The position numbers and the translations under genes were made by a program. A stretch of 64,000 nucleotides of DNA from Alphaproteobacteria bacterium (GTDB taxonomy: Bacteria > Pseudomonadota > Alphaproteobacteria > Rs-D84 > CACZYB01). The notes under the pieces were generated by a model. It was not told the DNA's origin. It made no database searches and saw nothing but the letters and a program-made list of their open reading frames with translations. Positions 39,806 through 50,105 of the stretch are shown here, in pieces (the first letter of the stretch is position 1; each line of letters starts with the position of its first letter). The stretch is from the NCBI GenBank assembly GCA_009785175.1, contig WQWV01000001.1, positions 60,963 to 124,962 of the forward strand, written 5' to 3'.

Positions 39806-40030
39806 GTAAATTTCCTTTAATATTTCTTTGAATTATAAACTCTGAAAACATAAAAATAAAGATAATAAGGTTCGTCCTTTATAAAGGACAACCATATATC
39901 CAAATCCTATGTCTACAATATGACAATTTATATCTCCCCGATTGGGCCAAATCGACACCGGAATACTATTTAATAAAAAAATCCGCAGGCATTTCGCAAC
40001 ACCTGCGGACTTGTTCAAATCGCAACGAGC

Positions 40031-40882
40031 TTATTTACGAGCGTTTTCTATGGCAATCCGCATAGTTCTTTCATCAACCGCACCCTTGAATATCTGGTCG
40101 CCGATGATGAACGCGGGCGTTCCCATGATCTTAAGCTTTTCGGCCAACTCTCGCGTTCCGATAAGCTCCTTGATCACAGCTTCGGATTCCATGTCGACCT
40201 TAAGGCGTTCGACGTCTAGACCGGCGTCTTTGGCGGCCTTCATTACGATCGCGGTGATCTTCTCGTCAAGCTCTTTTTGGTTCACCTGCTGGGGATTTTT
40301 GATTTCGGGTATAAGGTTTGTTGAATAAAGCGCTTTATACATCTCAAGCCCCTTGCCCTGATACGCCGCGGCTATGCTGGCTTTCGCGGGGATAAGCGAT
40401 ACCTGCGGGAATATGGGGAAGTTTTTCAAGACTACCTTTACGTCCTTCTGATCGGCGATGACCGTGGACAATGTGGCTGCGGCACGTTTGCAATGGCCAC
40501 AGTTGAAGTCATAGAATTCGAATACCACGATTTTGCCCTGGGGATTGCCGATAATGGGCGCGCCCTGCCAAGCCGAGGCACCAAGGTTCTTCAACGCGTC
40601 TTTGGCGGCTGCCATTTCGCGGGCTTCTGCCATCTCTGCGGCAAGCGCCTGGGACTGCTCGATGATCTCTGGATTTTTTGCAAGGTATTTCGGAATCGAA
40701 CGATACGCCACCGCGCAAGATATAAATACTATCGAATAAAAAATACCGATTGCGGGCACGACTTCTTTGATAAGCGCACCGACAATTCCACGGCGACCGC
40801 CGGGCTTCATCGAAACCTTTCTAATATAAACATACGATGCCACGCCGATTGCCGCGCCGGCTATGTAAGAACCTATTGCCAT
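40031..40882 (-). CDS. DsbA-family thiol:disulfide oxidoreductase with an N-terminal membrane anchor
   Basis: Thioredoxin-fold CGHC active site (FYDFNCGHCK). Confidence 0.7.
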   Translation of the reverse strand: MAIGSYIAGAAIGVASYVYIRKVSMKPGGRRGIVGALIKEVVPAIGIFYSIVFISCAVAYRSIPKYLAKNPEIIEQSQALAAEMAEAREMAAAKDALKNLGASAWQGAPIIGNPQGKIVVFEFYDFNCGHCKRAAATLSTVIADQKDVKVVLKNFPIFPQVSLIPAKASIAAAYQGKGLEMYKALYSTNLIPEIKNPQQVNQKELDEKITAIVMKAAKDAGLDVERLKVDMESEAVIKELIGTRELAEKLKIMGTPAFIIGDQIFKGAVDERTMRIAIENARK

Positions 40883-40967
40883 TTTATCTCTCCTTTTTGT
40901 TAGCTCTGCAAAGTATAGAAATCCGCCCGCGCGAAGTCAAGGGAAATGATGGGAAAACTAGCCGCTA

Positions 40968-41552
40968 CTACTTCAATTTCAAGTATTGCTCGTTCTTTAT
41001 ACGCCTCTGCATACACTCGGGCAACGCGGGCACGCCGCGGAATGCAAACCCCCTGCCCCTTTTTGGCGCAAGCATAAGGTAATCTGTCTCCGATTTATCG
41101 GGCGTTTCATAAAGGACTTCCACGATTTCCGGCACATGCTCTATGGTGCGAAAACCCGCGAAAAGAGAATCGTTCACTCCCACAAACCCACAGCCCTCGT
41201 TTTCATGCAAAAATTTATGTATATCGACGCCCGCCTCTAACAACTTGCCCGAAACCTCGAACGGCATGGCAAAGGCCTCGTCTATCGCGGCGACGACATC
41301 GGGGCTTCCGGGATCGATTCCACCCATAACCTTCGAACCCACGTTTTCCATGACTATGCAGCTGATAAGGAATAGCTCCATGGACTTATCGTTTTTACCC
41401 CCCCCCAAGTGGTCGGCCATAACGGTCAATATCTGGGCATAGCTGTCATGTTTAAGGCCGTGTTGAAGATCGCGCAAAGACGAAAAAACCCGCCTAGCCG
41501 TGCGAAGATAGTCGGCCTTCATCTCTGTAAATATTTCAGTATTATTTTTCAT
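40968..41552 (-). CDS. hypothetical cytoplasmic protein containing an in-frame G9 tract
   Basis: 194-aa ORF. Plus-strand C9 at 41398-41406 encodes LGGGK. Confidence 0.5.
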   Translation of the reverse strand: MKNNTEIFTEMKADYLRTARRVFSSLRDLQHGLKHDSYAQILTVMADHLGGGKNDKSMELFLISCIVMENVGSKVMGGIDPGSPDVVAAIDEAFAMPFEVSGKLLEAGVDIHKFLHENEGCGFVGVNDSLFAGFRTIEHVPEIVEVLYETPDKSETDYLMLAPKRGRGFAFRGVPALPECMQRRIKNEQYLKLK

Positions 41553-41767
41553 ATCCCCATATTAGACTAAATATAATAAATGTCAAGAAACTTTCACATT
41601 GAAAAAAACCGCGCGGGGATATACAATATAAATGAAAAGCCAAGCCTTCTCAGTTTCGAGCATATACGAAGGTTTGGAGCAAAAAATAATCCGCAATGGA
41701 CTTATTGCTTCCATGAGGAATTATTTTTTGTGAAAATCAAGTAGATGCCGAAAATGGGAAGGCTTAA

Positions 41768-43101
<1,334 letters not shown>

Positions 43102-43118
43102 GTGGCAATTATACCAAA

Positions 43119-43877
43119 TCAAAATACATATCTCAAGCCCAAAAGAACTTCCTCGGATATCATATCATATTTTATTTCCGAAACCGAGTTGGCATAGGCG
43201 CCCCCGCCCAACACTTCGGCCATGCCGCGCGCAGTCAAATCTACCTGGCCAAGATTGTTATATCGGTATCCAAAGTCGAGTATGAAGCTCTGGCTTACTA
43301 CGAACGCTATGCCTCCGCCTATGTTGTATGCGAAATTCCTTATTGTCTCGGAATCATCCATAAAATATTCCGTATCATTTACCAAGTCGACCGAAGACCA
43401 CGCTACATGGCTTTTGATTTTGGCAAATCCCACGCCTGTTCCTAGATATGGCCTGAACCTTCGGGTAAGCGGCATGTCGTAATAACCGTTAAGAAACCAT
43501 GTCGAGGTCTTGACCCTCAACTTTACCGGATTGCCGTCGTATGCAGGATTTGAAGTAGCCATATCTGCGTGTTTACCGGGACCGAAACCGTATTCCGCCT
43601 CTATGCGCAAAATACCCCTTGTGGAACGCGAGAAGCTCTGGAAACCTACGGCGACATTTCCGCGCACGGAATCAAGCCATTCGTTTCCTATGATTGTTGA
43701 ATCCGGTGTAAGAAGAAATAGATTCGGCGCGGCGCCTTGGCTTGGTGTATAGTCGGTAATTTCTGTATCTCCGATTTTTATATCGGCCCACGATACCTTA
43801 CCGCTTATATATATTTCGGCCGATGCCTGAAAAGCAGGCACCATCGCAAGCACAAAGGCCAGTATTATTCTAAGCAT
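43119..43877 (-). CDS. outer-membrane beta-barrel protein (OmpA-like / Omp25-type surface antigen family)
   Basis: Signal peptide; amphipathic strands; terminal LRYVF. Confidence 0.6.
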   Translation of the reverse strand: MLRIILAFVLAMVPAFQASAEIYISGKVSWADIKIGDTEITDYTPSQGAAPNLFLLTPDSTIIGNEWLDSVRGNVAVGFQSFSRSTRGILRIEAEYGFGPGKHADMATSNPAYDGNPVKLRVKTSTWFLNGYYDMPLTRRFRPYLGTGVGFAKIKSHVAWSSVDLVNDTEYFMDDSETIRNFAYNIGGGIAFVVSQSFILDFGYRYNNLGQVDLTARGMAEVLGGGAYANSVSEIKYDMISEEVLLGLRYVF

Positions 43878-44079
43878 GTTTTACCCCTCGAACGAATACT
43901 ATCGGGGGACGAAGAAAAAATCATTAGGAGGAAATTTCCATACTGAATGACGTAAAAGATGATCTGATAAACTTGTCAAATCGTGCGAACTCGTCAGTTT
44001 GTAGCAGATACTAGGAAGCATACTCGACCGATAAAATTTTCAATCTGACGAAGTAGATTATGCGAAATGACAAGTTCCC

Positions 44080-46125
44080 CTAGAAGCCATCCAAATTGAC
44101 CGCTTCCTCCTCGTCATCGCTGATGCGTAGCATTATGTCGCGGGCAAGGTATACTTGGATTCGCGTGCCGGCGGGAACGGTGAAAGGCTTGCGCTGGCGA
44201 AGCGATTGATGGATCATCTTTTGCGCCATGGCTTTCCAATTCTGCTGGATTTCCATCTTCATTTTGTCGCGCGGGGTCATGTTGAAGAAAGCGGTCTCGG
44301 CCATATCCGGATTCCATGTTGCCACCCCGGTAAGCTCGTCCCCGAACACTTCATCCTCAAAGACCGCGCCGCCAAGCGTAGCCCACTGCCCGTCCGTCAC
44401 CCTCTGTGTGACCGCGAATTGGGACGAGGTGGGGAACAGCGCCTCCATCGCGACCGGCAAAGCGCTATAAAGAAGCGGCCGCATGAAGAAGCTCTTCATG
44501 TATTCTGGATCGACGCGCCCCGGCACTCCGTCGCGTCCCTGCGCATCCGTGGTCGAGGTTTCGGGACCGGTGCCGTCGATGGTATTGCCGGCAAGCTTGA
44601 ACTCGGCGCCGTCGGGACGGATAAGACGTTCCCAGCCAAGCTGGACGCGCACGATTGTTTCAAGCGGGTTGTCGAGAGCTATGTTCGGCGGTTCGGCGAA
44701 ACCGATAAGCTGGCTTCCGGCGGGAACCACGATGGTGCGCCCGTCGCCGCCGTATACGTTTCTCTCGACGGTGGCCAAAGCCATAAGCTGGTCTGGCGCC
44801 GTTCCGTCGACAAGCTGGCTGACGTATATGGGCCTGACAAGCACGGCTGGTATGGGCTTGCCCTGACGCAGCACAAAGCGCTCGTCCTTGGGGTTCGAGG
44901 ACACATAATCCTTGGAGTCGATTGTAAATGGCACAAGCCCCTTCTGTCCGCGGCCGCGTATACCAAGCGGATCGGGCAGGCGGTGGCAGTCGTCCTCGTC
45001 TTCGCACGGACGGCCCACACCGCCCTCTTTGGCGATCATGCGATTGTTGATGACGTCGTCTATATTGGGGTTGAAGTTGTTTGCGTTGCGAGCATTCAAT
45101 ACTTCGTCGAGTATAGGAAGCACGAGGTTGATGCGGCGATCATGCGCCTTGGCCTGGTCATGCACGATACCCTTGCCTATGATCTGACCGGTGCGGGACG
45201 CGATGACCATGCCGTCGTCCTGAAGCGTGCCGATGACCTGGCGACAGTTGGGAGAGTATACGTTGCGGTTGCCCTGTGCCCATCCGATGAACACGCCCGA
45301 GAAATCGTAAACCTTGCTTGCGAAATTGCGACAGCTCATGCCCTGCGCGATTGCGTCCGAAATCTGGGGTTCCGGCGCGGCGACCTGGGCTGACCGCACG
45401 GGCTGAGGAGTCGGCACAGGCTGGGACTCCCACGAAGGCTCGGCAAAATCCTCGAATTCGTTTTCCTCCTCGAAAGGATTAAACGCGGGTGGCGCAGGAG
45501 GAGCCGCAGGAGCCGGCGCGGTAAATGAGACTTCGACGGGTATAGAGAGCGTCATGCTTGCGGCGTCGGTCTCGTCCTCGGGCACATATTGAACCTCCAC
45601 GCTAAACGATCGGCTAAGGGTTTCATAGGGCACGAAGGAAACGGTGATGCTGCACCGATTGAAAAGGTCTATGCCGTCAAGCTCGACACAGTCGTTGCCG
45701 ATGGATACGCCGTCGACCGACTGGCTTGCGAAGACATTCATCACGCGGACTGCGCGCTCCATTCCCGAGATTTGGATCTGATCTAGCACCGCCTCGCCGG
45801 TATTGCTTCCCCAAAGCGATATGCGCGAGGGTGTGGCGGATAGAAGCGCCGTGGCGGCGGCTGGCACGGAAACTGCGGCGGGCGCTCCGGCTTCTTCTGA
45901 TACGGATTCGGCAACGGCAAAGGGATTTGTGTTCTTTGTCTTCTCCTCGCCGCCGAACATTACGACTCCGGCGATGAATACGCCAAGCATAGCGAAGGAC
46001 ACAAGCATCAGCACGCGGCCTGATCTGGCCTCGCCGGCACGGATGTCGCTCTGCATCGCGGGCGCGACTGCGCTTGCGTTCGGCGCCGCTTCCTGATTAT
46101 GAGCTTTCCTTCTTATCCCGAACAT
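44080..46125 (-). CDS. virB10: type IV secretion system VirB10/TrbI family protein (long form, Pro-rich linker)
   Basis: N-terminal cytoplasmic segment plus TM; Pro-rich region APAAPPAPPAF; C-terminal TrbI-like domain (IVVPAGSQLIGFAE...). Confidence 0.8.
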   Translation of the reverse strand: MFGIRRKAHNQEAAPNASAVAPAMQSDIRAGEARSGRVLMLVSFAMLGVFIAGVVMFGGEEKTKNTNPFAVAESVSEEAGAPAAVSVPAAATALLSATPSRISLWGSNTGEAVLDQIQISGMERAVRVMNVFASQSVDGVSIGNDCVELDGIDLFNRCSITVSFVPYETLSRSFSVEVQYVPEDETDAASMTLSIPVEVSFTAPAPAAPPAPPAFNPFEEENEFEDFAEPSWESQPVPTPQPVRSAQVAAPEPQISDAIAQGMSCRNFASKVYDFSGVFIGWAQGNRNVYSPNCRQVIGTLQDDGMVIASRTGQIIGKGIVHDQAKAHDRRINLVLPILDEVLNARNANNFNPNIDDVINNRMIAKEGGVGRPCEDEDDCHRLPDPLGIRGRGQKGLVPFTIDSKDYVSSNPKDERFVLRQGKPIPAVLVRPIYVSQLVDGTAPDQLMALATVERNVYGGDGRTIVVPAGSQLIGFAEPPNIALDNPLETIVRVQLGWERLIRPDGAEFKLAGNTIDGTGPETSTTDAQGRDGVPGRVDPEYMKSFFMRPLLYSALPVAMEALFPTSSQFAVTQRVTDGQWATLGGAVFEDEVFGDELTGVATWNPDMAETAFFNMTPRDKMKMEIQQNWKAMAQKMIHQSLRQRKPFTVPAGTRIQVYLARDIMLRISDDEEEAVNLDGF

Positions 46126-46135
46126 CTGCCGCCTT

Positions 46136-47590
46136 TTATTGTGTGCGAACTATGTTGCATGATTGGCCGTGGCGCGATAGCGACTGGCATATCTCGTTCG
46201 CTTTTTCGATTCTCTCGAACGGACCTATGCGAAGGCGATAGAACTCGCCTCCGTAATAACGCTGCTGCCCAAGCTCGTCGACGCCGCTTGTTTCCACGCT
46301 ATAGAACGGAGTGAACTCGTCCATGAACGGCAAACGTTCGGTAAGGGTCAGCCATAACCCCTCGAGCTCGCTAACGGAACGCCCGCGGAAGATTTCGATT
46401 GAAAGCGCACCGTTGTTTTGACGCACAAGCGGCACGAAGTGATTCGAATGCCGCGGTGCAGGGCATGTGGGACACGCTGCCTGAGGAGCGATCGGAGCCA
46501 TCGCGAATCCGGGTATAGGCTGGCTGAATTGGGTCCACTGTCCGCCCTGGACACCGCCGCCGAAGCCGCCGTTAAATCCGCCGCCAACAGCGATGCTGCC
46601 GCGACCGGGCGCATTTCCGGCCACGCTTGCCACCGCAATCATATCCATCGGTGGCGGAGGGTTGGAAAGCAAATAAGGTTTCGAGCGCAGCTTGATGCAA
46701 ACCAAACGTCCGCCCGAGCGAAGCACCAAATCGCCGATAGCTTCGACGACCAAAAGGCGCGACTGCGGCCCCTCGGTCCTGAATCCCACGGGCGATTCGC
46801 CGTCTTCGACAAGCAACGACACGACCGGCCGCTGATTCATGTTAAGCGCCTTCTCTCCGAAATCGATATAGGTGAAGACCTGGTCGCGCCATACGCGTTC
46901 CGGCGCGATTACGAAATCGTCTGGGTTGGGGATGAAGATGTCAAGGTCGAAACGGAATTCCGTAGGGTCGACGGGAACCGATTTGATCCAACCGAAGTCC
47001 TCGCCTTCCCATGTCGGGTCTGATACGCCGCCGCCGAAGCTCCTGCCTCCCATGACCGATCGCATTCCCATGAACGAGCCGTCCGCGCCCCCGCCTGCCG
47101 AAGCTCCTCCGCGTGCGCCGCGCGCGAAACGGGCTGGCACGTTGACATCTACGATGGACGATGTGATTCTATCGGTCGTGAATGGTTCCGAACGCAAATA
47201 GAAAACATACTTGTTTCCGCTCTGCCCGAATATGAAAAGGTTTGTATCGGCCATCGAGCGTCCGTCGACCGGCGAAATCATGAATACGTTTTTCTCGACC
47301 GGTCGCCCCTCGAAGAAGTCCCTATCGCCGACGTATGCGTCCCTGATGGTTTCCCACTCCGGAAAGTTGATGACGGTAAGCATTCCGTCCCTAAGCCTAA
47401 GCGGTATGACCGCGCCTGGTTCCCAGTTTACGCGTTCGAATCCGGGCTTGGTCTGGTTTTCGCCCATATTCTGAAGCGGGTGGTCCCACGCGGTCTGTGT
47501 TCCGAAACCTGCTCCGGGCACCATTTCCTGCGCGGATACGACAAACGGAAATGCTACGGTCGCAAGCAATAAGCTAATCGTTTTTTTCAT
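46136..47590 (-). CDS. virB9: VirB9/CagX/TrbG family protein with Gly-rich inserts and a C-terminal SPOR-like domain
   Basis: VirB9 N-domain (VINFPEWETIRDAYVGDRDFF...NLFIFGQSGNKYVFYLR) and C-domain (FVIAPE...VCIKLRS). The tail QRYYGGEFYRLRIGPFERIEKANEICQSL resembles SPOR. Confidence 0.75.
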   Translation of the reverse strand: MKKTISLLLATVAFPFVVSAQEMVPGAGFGTQTAWDHPLQNMGENQTKPGFERVNWEPGAVIPLRLRDGMLTVINFPEWETIRDAYVGDRDFFEGRPVEKNVFMISPVDGRSMADTNLFIFGQSGNKYVFYLRSEPFTTDRITSSIVDVNVPARFARGARGGASAGGGADGSFMGMRSVMGGRSFGGGVSDPTWEGEDFGWIKSVPVDPTEFRFDLDIFIPNPDDFVIAPERVWRDQVFTYIDFGEKALNMNQRPVVSLLVEDGESPVGFRTEGPQSRLLVVEAIGDLVLRSGGRLVCIKLRSKPYLLSNPPPPMDMIAVASVAGNAPGRGSIAVGGGFNGGFGGGVQGGQWTQFSQPIPGFAMAPIAPQAACPTCPAPRHSNHFVPLVRQNNGALSIEIFRGRSVSELEGLWLTLTERLPFMDEFTPFYSVETSGVDELGQQRYYGGEFYRLRIGPFERIEKANEICQSLSRHGQSCNIVRTQ

Positions 47591-47796
47591 GTAATCTCTC
47601 CACCTTCCGATTTGACTTCCTTTTTAAGGAATTTGCAAGCGTTTTTTGTAAAACCCAATAAAAAAACCAAGCCCTCTCAAATCGCGCGAGGAACAAGGTT
47701 TTAAGGGAAGTTTTGAGGGAGTGGACTTTATCGCCTCCATGACCGAAAGACTTGCCCGCGAAAACCTCCGCTCGTTCGTGCGTATTTCAGGGGGCG
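47591..47796. repeat. intergenic modular repeats upstream of virB9 (modules CCTCAAATCGnGCGAG, GGTTTTAAGGG, GCGTATTTCAGRGG)
   Basis: Modules are shared with 48433-48618 and partly with 58325-58420. Confidence 0.6.
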
Positions 47797-48432
47797 TTAT
47801 ATGGCGCGATAGGAGACAACACGGAAACCAAGGGGATTGCGCCAGGCCTGCTCGCCGGTGCGCTGCTGCTCGCCCTGCTCGAATTCGACCTTGATTTCTA
47901 TGGTCTTGCTGATGGTCTTGGTTTCCTCGGAATTAAGGCTTGTGGCCTCGATGTTTACGGGCACCTCGAATATTTCGCGATTTGGCATAAAGCGTATTTT
48001 CGGGACATCAACGGTGGCTATCATTTTTATGTCGCCGCGCGGCCTGATTCTGGCCTGGAACTCGCTCGAGCTTGCAAACTCTTCCCATGCCTCCGGCGCA
48101 GTCTGAAGCCTAAGGTCGCTTGCCCGACCGAAAAGCACTCGCGCCATTTCCCGCTCGGGGATAAGGGATTCGCGCGTCTCGACGTAATTTATGATCATGT
48201 TGCGCGCTATTGTGTTGCCAAGCTGTCCTGGGGCAAGCGTGCGCGGCGCGCGTATGACGCTCACCGTATCGGCGCTCGTATTCCCCTCGACAAGGAAAGC
48301 TTCGTATTTCACACCCGGCTGGATGCGCTCGTATGCGAAAACAAGGATGATAAGAGCGATCGCCACCAAAAAGAAAAAGAATCCGTGGGTTCTTAGAATC
48401 CAAAGATACCTGCGCTCGTCGACCGACCTCAT
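47797..48432 (-). CDS. virB8: type IV secretion system VirB8 family protein
   Basis: Short cytoplasmic N-terminus, one TM helix (FFFFLVAIALIILVFAY), periplasmic NTF2-like domain. Start at 48432 has ribosome-binding site GGAGGG; alternative ATG at 48495. Confidence 0.7.
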   Translation of the reverse strand: MRSVDERRYLWILRTHGFFFFLVAIALIILVFAYERIQPGVKYEAFLVEGNTSADTVSVIRAPRTLAPGQLGNTIARNMIINYVETRESLIPEREMARVLFGRASDLRLQTAPEAWEEFASSSEFQARIRPRGDIKMIATVDVPKIRFMPNREIFEVPVNIEATSLNSEETKTISKTIEIKVEFEQGEQQRTGEQAWRNPLGFRVVSYRAI

Positions 48433-48618
48433 TGAAAAACCCCCTCCTATGGCAATCATAAATCGCCGTGCCAAGGTTTGCAAGGAAAAAAGCATAAACC
48501 CCTCAAATCGTGCGAGAAGCAAGCGTATAAGAAAAATCCCTTGGGAGTGTATACTGACATACATGACCAAGGGATTTATTCGAAATAGGCGCCGCTAATC
48601 GCGCGTATTTCAGAGGTT
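48433..48618. repeat. intergenic modular repeats upstream of virB8
   Basis: Same three modules as 47591-47796, in a different order, plus GACCAAGGGATTTAT, which is shared with 58326-58340. Confidence 0.6.
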
Positions 48619-49653
48619 TTAAGGGTTAAAGACGAAAGTATGTCCGCCGTCCGTAATATGCACCCCGTTTACATAACACCTATCGCCACGACCTCTTGCC
48701 GGATCGCCGAATGTGGCGTCGTCGCAAGAAATCGTAGAATGCCTTGCGAATCCTCTTTTCCTAAGCGATTGGCCGTAAAGCACGAATCCGTCGGCCGGCA
48801 CGGTGAATGCCTCGCCTTGTGTGGCTATGTGTTCGCCATGCCTTGTAAAGCATATCTTTCTCTTGCCGTCGTTTTGGGAATTCCTTATCGGATCGTCGAC
48901 ACCAAGGTTTTGCTCCTGGCATATCATGGCCGAACCGGGCGTATGCGTGCTATGGCGAAGCGGACCGTATACGACCCATGTATCAAGCGCGGCCTGAGCG
49001 TGTCTTTGTGCCTCTTCCTGCTCTTGCATGAATTCGTTTACCCTTTGGGTCGAGGCGGCCGATTCACCTACGCTTGCCTTTGTGGCAAAAGCGGCGTTCG
49101 CATGCTTCTTGATTTCTATACCACGGTTGGCGAAGTCCTCAAGCATAGGATCATCCCAACCCGAAGGCTTCCTAAGATATCTGTTATCAAGCCCGGCTAC
49201 ATCGGTCTTAAGCTTGCTGACATCCGCCTGAACCGACGCGAACTGAGCGGCGTTCACGCTTGTTCCGGTGGTGGTGGCAAGGGTCGTGCGCCAGGTCTCA
49301 AGCGCGCCGATCCTTGAATCAAGCGACGTGGTCGAGGCGGCCCTGGCCTCGCCTTCGGTGGTTGAGGTGCCAAGCAGAGCCTCAAGCTGCTTCTTAAGTT
49401 CTGCGACTTCGGATTCTAGCGTCTGTATTCTCTCAGCAGCCCTCGAGGTGCCGCCGGTATTTGTAGTCGTGGCGCGCGGCTGCCTGCCCTGCTCTTTCCT
49501 ATTGGCCGAACCTCTGGCTGTGGTGCCGCCAGCCTTGCGGTGCCGCTGCTGTGCGGCAAGGTCTTCGCCCATAACCGAAAGTGCGAGGAACGCAATGAAG
49601 AAAAGCTTCACTCCCCCCCCCCACGAGAATTTTGTTTTTACGTCAAATAACAT
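48619..49653 (-). CDS. phase-variable secreted coiled-coil / Cys-module protein, paralog 2 (phase ON: G10 tract in signal-peptide codons)
   Basis: MLFDVKTKFSWGGGVKLFFIAFLALSVMGEDLAAQQ. Plus-strand C10 at 49613-49622. Ribosome-binding site AGGAGA. Central coiled coil; C-terminal CxnC...TFGDP modules; contains an RGD tripeptide. Confidence 0.75.
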   Translation of the reverse strand: MLFDVKTKFSWGGGVKLFFIAFLALSVMGEDLAAQQRHRKAGGTTARGSANRKEQGRQPRATTTNTGGTSRAAERIQTLESEVAELKKQLEALLGTSTTEGEARAASTTSLDSRIGALETWRTTLATTTGTSVNAAQFASVQADVSKLKTDVAGLDNRYLRKPSGWDDPMLEDFANRGIEIKKHANAAFATKASVGESAASTQRVNEFMQEQEEAQRHAQAALDTWVVYGPLRHSTHTPGSAMICQEQNLGVDDPIRNSQNDGKRKICFTRHGEHIATQGEAFTVPADGFVLYGQSLRKRGFARHSTISCDDATFGDPARGRGDRCYVNGVHITDGGHTFVFNP

Positions 49654-49679
49654 GCTAGAATCTCCTGTTTCCGCATATC

Positions 49680-49708
49680 ATTATACATTATTTCCCATAG
49701 TTAAGCAA
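49680..49708 (-). promoter_or_regulatory. sigma70-like promoter TTGCTT-17-TATAAT for paralog 2
   Basis: Minus-strand -35 at 49703-49708 and -10 at 49680-49685. Confidence 0.45.
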
Positions 49709-49719
49709 GGGGGTAGGGT

Positions 49720-50046
49720 TTACGAGGCTTTCAATATTTTTATCTTCCCTTCGACCGCAGGAATCTTAAGGACCTTCTCAACGCGCGCGACATACTCAAG
49801 CGAGTTTTCAGGCTGCCCCTCGGCCACGCGCACTTCTGGAGCCTTGAGCAATTTCGCGCACCATTCTTTGGGTATCATTTCAAGCGCTATGGGCTCGGTC
49901 GGGCTACGATATAAAATCGCGTGATCCCCGCCGTCGTAAAGTATTTTGGGCTCAAGCGGTTCGCCCTCGCGCACATCGCCTATGGAAAACCAGATGGCAA
50001 GGCCACCTTCGAAATCGCCTATTACGAATAATCCAGCCTGTTCCAT
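49720..50046 (-). CDS. small hypothetical protein (108 aa)
   Basis: ORF with normal GC. No motif recognised. Confidence 0.4.
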   Translation of the reverse strand: MEQAGLFVIGDFEGGLAIWFSIGDVREGEPLEPKILYDGGDHAILYRSPTEPIALEMIPKEWCAKLLKAPEVRVAEGQPENSLEYVARVEKVLKIPAVEGKIKILKAS

Positions 50047-50058
50047 TTTTCCCCTCCC

Positions 50059-50095
50059 TTTATTCTGTCATTCCGGCCTCCGAGCCGGAATCCAA
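50059..50095. repeat. palindromic element GTCATTCCGGCCTCCGAGCCGGAATCCA (unit A family)
   Basis: Lies between the hypothetical gene and the ileS stop. Confidence 0.7.
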
Positions 50096-50105
50096 TTGTA
50101 ATAAA

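Noticed and set aside
44155-45393. 412-aa plus-strand ORF, and others (44483..44866, 44912..45187), inside virB10
   Set aside because: Antisense shadow ORFs with no motifs. virB10 on the minus strand has clear domain homology.
48619-49653. RGD tripeptide in paralog 2 as an integrin-binding motif
   Set aside because: A three-residue motif in a 344-aa Arg/Gly/Asp-rich protein is likely to arise by chance. Kept only as a note.
49028-49924. Plus-strand ORFs (49028..49231, 49268..49924) across paralog 2 and its promoter
   Set aside because: Antisense to paralog 2. Ser/Ala-rich low-complexity translation.
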